Source: an uncultured bacterium
GTDB taxonomy: Bacteria > Verrucomicrobiota > Kiritimatiellia > RFP12 > UBA1067
Length of the DNA stretch: 64,000 bases
NCBI GenBank assembly: GCA_902776615.1
Contig: CACYQU010000002.1
Coordinates: 5,419 to 69,418 of the forward strand
Direction: 5' to 3'
Made by a program: the position numbers and the translations under genes. Below are positions 60,182-64,000 of this stretch, piece by piece. The notes below the pieces were generated by a model. It was given only the letters and a program-made list of their open reading frames with translations. It was not told the DNA's origin and made no database searches. Position 1 is the first letter of the stretch; every line of letters begins with the position of its first letter.

Positions 60182-61237
60182 CTATTTCAGTTCGCGTATG
60201 CGTTTCTCTATCCTCGGCAGCTTTACCGTGAATGTCGTCCCTTCGCCCTGCGCCGACTCTGCCGCAATCGTGCCGCCGTGGTCGCGAACGATGCGCGATG
60301 TCACCATGAGCCCGAGGCCAGTACCGCCGGATTTCGTCGTCCGGTATGGTTCGAAGAGGTGGGCGAGCTGTTCCTTGGTCATCCCGTCGCCGGAATCTCT
60401 CACCGTCACCGCCACGTCGCTGTCGTCGGAATCGACTGTGATTTCGATCTTGCCGCCGTCCTTCATCGCTTCAAGCGAATTCTTCAGAAGGTTGAAGAAC
60501 ACCTGCTCCATCTGGGCTTTGTCGATCGCCACGCCCGGCAGAACGCCGGGAACGTCGAGCGTCACGGAAATGCGCCTGTCCTCGAACTGCTGCTTGAGCG
60601 TTTTGAGGCATGCCGCGAGAGGCTCGGCCACCGACCCTGCGACGAGATTCGGCTTGGAAGGGCGAAGCGCCGAAAGAAAGCCGCGTATTATGCCGTCGAG
60701 CCGCGAGACCTGGTGAAGGCACTCCGCCACGGTTTCGTCGCCTTTGAGCTGACGCTGGAGAATCTGCAGGTTGAGCGCGATTGCGTTCAGCGGATTCCCG
60801 ATTTCGTGCGCAACGCCTGCGGCGAGGTCTCTCACCGCCTGCGTCGCGCCTACGCGCATTTCCTCTTCGGACCGCTGCCTTTCGGCCGTGGTGTCGCGAA
60901 TCTGCACGAGCGTGCCATCCTTCATCGGGAACGTCTGCACTTCGAGAAACTTGGTTTCGGGATATGTCACCGACATCTCCCGCCGCGAAGCCTTGCCCAG
61001 CGGAAGGGCGAGCGCTTCGACCGCTTGGGCGCCGTCCATGCCGGTCAGCGCCTTGACTGCTGCATTCTCGAACTTGACTCCTCCCCGGTCGTCGAGCACG
61101 AGTATGCCGCGGTCGATGGTGGAGAGGATGAGGTCGAAGAACTCCGCCTCGTCGGCCATGCGGTTGTATTGCTCGCGCAGCTGGCCCGCGTCAAGCCTGC
61201 CGATATGGCGCCGCACCCCTTTGAAGAAGTTCTTCAT
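60182..61237 (-). CDS. Cytoplasmic PAS-domain sensor histidine kinase (NtrB-like)
   Basis: PAS-like N-terminus (ILSTIDRGILVLDDRGGVKFENAAVKALTG), H-box LAAGVAHEIGNPLNAI, N-box FFNLLKNSLEAM, DSGDGM, GGTGLGL. Confidence 0.85.
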   Translation of the reverse strand: MKNFFKGVRRHIGRLDAGQLREQYNRMADEAEFFDLILSTIDRGILVLDDRGGVKFENAAVKALTGMDGAQAVEALALPLGKASRREMSVTYPETKFLEVQTFPMKDGTLVQIRDTTAERQRSEEEMRVGATQAVRDLAAGVAHEIGNPLNAIALNLQILQRQLKGDETVAECLHQVSRLDGIIRGFLSALRPSKPNLVAGSVAEPLAACLKTLKQQFEDRRISVTLDVPGVLPGVAIDKAQMEQVFFNLLKNSLEAMKDGGKIEITVDSDDSDVAVTVRDSGDGMTKEQLAHLFEPYRTTKSGGTGLGLMVTSRIVRDHGGTIAAESAQGEGTTFTVKLPRIEKRIRELK

Positions 61238-62610
61238 CCTTTACGGCCCGTCTCCTGTTTTCTGCGGTTGTCGATCACCCGCTTGATCTTGCCTTCGCTG
61301 CGCGGCAGCGAGCCCGGCTCGACCAGGATGATCTTCGCCGAGAGGCCGATGATCGACTTCACGGCGTCGAAGACGCGCTTGCGGAGGTCTTCCATCTTCC
61401 TTACGGAATCCGAGAAGGCCTCGGCGTTGACCTCGACCTTGATCTCGAAGAGGTCGAGCGTGTCGGTCGGCGAAAGGATTATCTGGTAGTGCGGCGCTAC
61501 TTCCGGCACGCGCAGGAGCCCTGCCTCGATCTGGCCGGGGAATACGTTCACGCCGTGGATGATCAGCATGTCGTCGCTTCGCGCCGAGATGCGGTCCATC
61601 ACGCGCATCGTCCGCCCGCAGGCGCACTTTTCGGTGTGAAGGCGCGTGAGGTCGCGCGTGCGGTAGCGTATCATCGGCGTGCCTGTGCGCGAGATCGTCG
61701 TGAACACGAGTTCGCCGACTTCGCCGTCGGGGAGCGGTTCAAGCGTTTCGGGGTCGATGATTTCCGGATAGAAGTGGTCTTCCCAAATGTGCAGCCCCGT
61801 CCTGAACTGGCAGTCGCCGGCGACGCCCGGCCCCGCGATCTCGGTGAGACCGTAGATGTCGTGCGCTACGATTCCCGTTTCGCGCTCGATGGTATCGCGC
61901 ATCTCGGTCGTCCACGGCTCTGCGCCGAAGAAGCCGTGCTTGAGCTTCGTGTCGCGCCGGAAGTCCACGCCCTGGCGCTTGGCTTCGTCCATAATGCGCA
62001 GGAAGTAGCTCGGCGTGCATGCGATCACGGTCACGCCGAGGTCGCGCATGAGCATCACCTGACGCTCGGTGTTTCCGCCCGAGGTGGGCAGCACTGCGCA
62101 GCCCATCCCCTCGCCGCCGTAGTGCAGGCCGAGACCGCCCGTGAAGAGCCCGTAGCCGTAGCTCACCTGCAGCACGTCGCCCGCCCGGACGCCGCCCATC
62201 GCGAGGCAGCGCATTGCGCCGTTCTGCCATACCGCGATGTCGCCTAGCGTGTTCGGTATGCAGATGGGCTTGCCGGTCGTGCCGCTGGAGCAGTGGAAGC
62301 GCACGATTTCATCCATGTCGGCCGCCCTCAGCCCCATCGGATACTCGTCGCGGAGGTCTACCTTCTTCGAGAAGGGCAGCAGTCTGATGTCGGCCAGCGT
62401 CTTTATGTGCTCCGGCCTTACGCCGCGCTCGTCGCAGCGCTTTCTGAAAAGCGGCACGCGGTTGTAGGCGTATTCGACCGTCCATTTGAGACGGTGCAGC
62501 TGCAAGGCGCGCAGTTGCTCGACAGGCATGTAGTCCATCGCCGAGACGGGGTGTGTGGGAGAGTTCACGTCCTGCGGGAGGACCGGATAGAGAGAATTCA
62601 GAAGTTGCAT
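61234..62610 (-). CDS. paaK: Phenylacetate--CoA ligase family adenylate-forming enzyme
   Basis: EQLRALQLHRLKWTVEYAYNRVPLFRKRCDERGV, SSGTTGKP, YGLTE, and C-terminal GKIKRVIDNR. ATG 62538 is an alternative start. The stop overlaps the HK start by 4 nt. Confidence 0.8.
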   Translation of the reverse strand: MQLLNSLYPVLPQDVNSPTHPVSAMDYMPVEQLRALQLHRLKWTVEYAYNRVPLFRKRCDERGVRPEHIKTLADIRLLPFSKKVDLRDEYPMGLRAADMDEIVRFHCSSGTTGKPICIPNTLGDIAVWQNGAMRCLAMGGVRAGDVLQVSYGYGLFTGGLGLHYGGEGMGCAVLPTSGGNTERQVMLMRDLGVTVIACTPSYFLRIMDEAKRQGVDFRRDTKLKHGFFGAEPWTTEMRDTIERETGIVAHDIYGLTEIAGPGVAGDCQFRTGLHIWEDHFYPEIIDPETLEPLPDGEVGELVFTTISRTGTPMIRYRTRDLTRLHTEKCACGRTMRVMDRISARSDDMLIIHGVNVFPGQIEAGLLRVPEVAPHYQIILSPTDTLDLFEIKVEVNAEAFSDSVRKMEDLRKRVFDAVKSIIGLSAKIILVEPGSLPRSEGKIKRVIDNRRKQETGRKG

Positions 62611-62641
62611 GTTGTTTTGTGGAAAGTGTTTGGGGCGAGGC

Positions 62642-63676
62642 TTATTTGTCCAGTTCGGCCAGAGCGTCGAGAAGCCTCTTCATCTGCGCGTCGGTGCCGA
62701 TTGTAACCCGAAGACGGTCCGCCGTCTTCGGGCCCGTAAAGTACCTTACGTATATGTGCCGACCCCTGAGACGTTCGAATATTTCCGCAGCTCTGGCGTG
62801 CGCCGGGCGCGCGAAGACGAAGTTGGCTTCGCTTGGGATCACATCCCAGCCGCGCCGCTCAAGCTCGGCGACGAAGCGTTTGCGCGTGGCGACGACCTTG
62901 CGGACGTTCGCGCGCATCCATTTCGCGTCTTTCACGGCCGCAAGCGCGACGGCCTGCGCAACTGCGTCGACGTTGTACGAATCCTTCACCTTGTAAAGCG
63001 CCTCGATGAGGTTTTCCGGCCCGACGCACCATCCGACGCGCAGCCCCGCGAGCGAGAAGCTTTTCGAGAAGGTGCGCATCACGATCACGTTCCTGTTGCG
63101 CGGCGAGGTGGCTAGCGACATGCAGTCGCCGCGCGCGAAGTCGGCGTAGGCTTCGTCCACGATCACCACGCCCTTGAAGCGCCGCGCGAACGCCGCGACA
63201 GTCTTCGGTTCGGCGAATTCGCCGGTCGGGGCGTTCGGGTTGGTCCAAAGGAACAGCGCCACGTCGCCCGGCACTTGGGCGGCGGACGGCTTGAGGCCGA
63301 AGCCTTTCCACTCCACGTCGCGTATGGCCGCGAGCGTCTTGTAGAGCGAATAGCTGGGGTCGAGCGAGCCGATTGATTCGTCGTCTTCAACGAAGGCCCT
63401 TGCCGCGAGAGACAGTATTTCGTCCGAGCCGTTGCCGACAAACACGTTCTCGGCCTTCGCGCCGCACATCTTCGCGAGCGCCTCGCGGAGTTCGCCGAAT
63501 TCCGGATCCGGATAGCGGCGCAGCCGGTCTGGGTCGAAGTTTTCCAGCACCTTGGCGCAGGCGGGTGAAGGGGGGTATGGGTTCTCGTTGGTGTTGAGTT
63601 TGACGACATCCTTCGCCTTCGGCTGTTCGCCGGGCGTGTAGGGTTCGAGTTTCTGTACGCTCTTCTTTACTGGCAT
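62642..63676 (-). CDS. hisC: Histidinol-phosphate aminotransferase
   Basis: LEPYTPGEQP...VKLNTNENPYPPSP, NPNAPTG, and RTFSKSFSLAGLRVG (PLP lysine). Confidence 0.85.
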   Translation of the reverse strand: MPVKKSVQKLEPYTPGEQPKAKDVVKLNTNENPYPPSPACAKVLENFDPDRLRRYPDPEFGELREALAKMCGAKAENVFVGNGSDEILSLAARAFVEDDESIGSLDPSYSLYKTLAAIRDVEWKGFGLKPSAAQVPGDVALFLWTNPNAPTGEFAEPKTVAAFARRFKGVVIVDEAYADFARGDCMSLATSPRNRNVIVMRTFSKSFSLAGLRVGWCVGPENLIEALYKVKDSYNVDAVAQAVALAAVKDAKWMRANVRKVVATRKRFVAELERRGWDVIPSEANFVFARPAHARAAEIFERLRGRHIYVRYFTGPKTADRLRVTIGTDAQMKRLLDALAELDK

Positions 63677-63696
63677 GGCTGTTGAAATCGAGGCGT

Positions 63697-63702
63697 ATTA
63701 TA
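63697..63702 (-). promoter_or_regulatory. -10 box TATAAT (minus strand), 20 nt upstream of the hisC ATG
   Basis: The reverse complement of ATTATA. There is no SD in the short leader. Confidence 0.35.
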
Positions 63703-63738
63703 CTATTTTTGCTCCAGCGAGCGCAAGTGCGCGGCTTT

Positions 63739-63747
63739 TGGTATAAT
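63739..63747 (+). promoter_or_regulatory. Extended -10 box TGGTATAAT, 8 nt upstream of the glnN ATG
   Basis: ttTGGTATAATacagcctcATG read directly. Confidence 0.5.
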
Positions 63748-63755
63748 ACAGCCTC

Positions 63756-64000
63756 ATGAAGAACTACGGTGACGACGTTTTTTCCGAAAAGGCGATACTG
63801 AAGCACATGCCGAAGACCGTCGCCGCGAAGCTGATCGCGACGATGCGCGAAGGCAAGCCGCTCGATCCATCGATTGCCGACGAGGTTGCGCATGGCATGA
63901 AAGACTGGGCCGTCGAGAACGGGGCGACCCACTTCACGCACTGGTTTCAGCCGATGACAGGCGGCACTGCCGAGAAGCACGATGCGTTTCTCGAGCCGAG
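63756..64000 (+). CDS. glnN: Glutamine synthetase type III, N-terminal fragment (3' end outside the window)
   Basis: MKNYGDDVFSEKAILKHMPKTV...GMKDWAVENGATHFTHWFQPMTGGTAEKHDAFLEP matches the GSIII N-terminal domain (THYTHWFQPLTxxTAEKHD). It is absent from the ORF track because it has no stop within the window. Confidence 0.85.
   Translation, partial: MKNYGDDVFSEKAILKHMPKTVAAKLIATMREGKPLDPSIADEVAHGMKDWAVENGATHFTHWFQPMTGGTAEKHDAFLEP

Noticed and set aside
59738-61489. 583-aa plus-strand ORF spanning the NtrC/HK/paaK genes
   Set aside because: Shadow ORF. The minus-strand genes have textbook Walker A/GAFTGA, H-box and AMP-binding motifs.
55832-62610. Sigma-54 (-24/-12) promoter for the NtrC-family activator
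   Set aside because: I scanned TGGCAC / GTGCCA occurrences by eye on both strands, for example at 15536, 39011, 42549, 52624, 56448 and 57062. None is followed by TTGC at the correct 5-nt spacing, and none lies in an intergenic region.

Overview
High-GC (about 60% by eye) bacterial chromosomal segment, gene-dense on both strands. I call about 50 protein genes and one tRNA-Lys. I saw no rRNA, CRISPR array, transposase or prophage.

The CAZyme-rich content and an autotransporter-associated beta-strand-repeat protein suggest a PVC-group organism (Lentisphaerota, Kiritimatiellota or Verrucomicrobiota-like). That is a low-confidence inference.

Gene content from left to right:
- 1-12.6 kb: EF-G 3' end, uppP, metY, a large polytopic membrane/TPR protein, a Trp/Phe-Pro repeat protein, a UbiA-family decaprenyl-phosphate phosphoribosyltransferase-like gene, folC and hrpA.
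- 12.6-20.8 kb: an HptB/HsbR/HsbA-like partner-switching phosphorelay, interrupted by glycan-priming and nucleotidyltransferase-like genes.
- 20.8-26.7 kb: punA, xerD, a murC-murB fusion, a lactonase and fcl.
- 26.7-30.1 kb: larE-larB-larC with two small paralogous membrane proteins and no larA.
- 30.2-46.1 kb: a regulator-controlled CAZyme/oxidoreductase catabolic locus.
- 46.1-51.7 kb: a visibly lower-GC glycan island (GT-A-like, Wzx, Stealth, GT2, decayed AAA-ATPase gene).
- 51.7-55.8 kb: glgB, tRNA-Lys and uvrB.
- 55.8-62.6 kb: a minus-strand operon paaK / PAS-HK / NtrC / Ser-Thr kinase / GT4, followed by a TM-half-receiver gene and a sugar transferase.
- 62.6-64.0 kb: hisC and the glnN (GS type III) 5' end.

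Observations most worth following up:
1. A 13-nt palindrome, GGGGACWGTCCCC, occurs 6-7 times, only inside folC. It is read in different frames and in both orientations.
2. TGnTATAAT extended -10 boxes recur, several only 7-8 nt from the start codon, which implies leaderless mRNAs.
3. A GT-C-like/TPR protein, a WP-repeat protein and a DPPR-synthase-like gene sit together.
4. The lar cofactor genes lack larA.
5. Two signalling-plus-glycan operons are present.

All calls come from reading the sequence and ORF translations. No database search was run.
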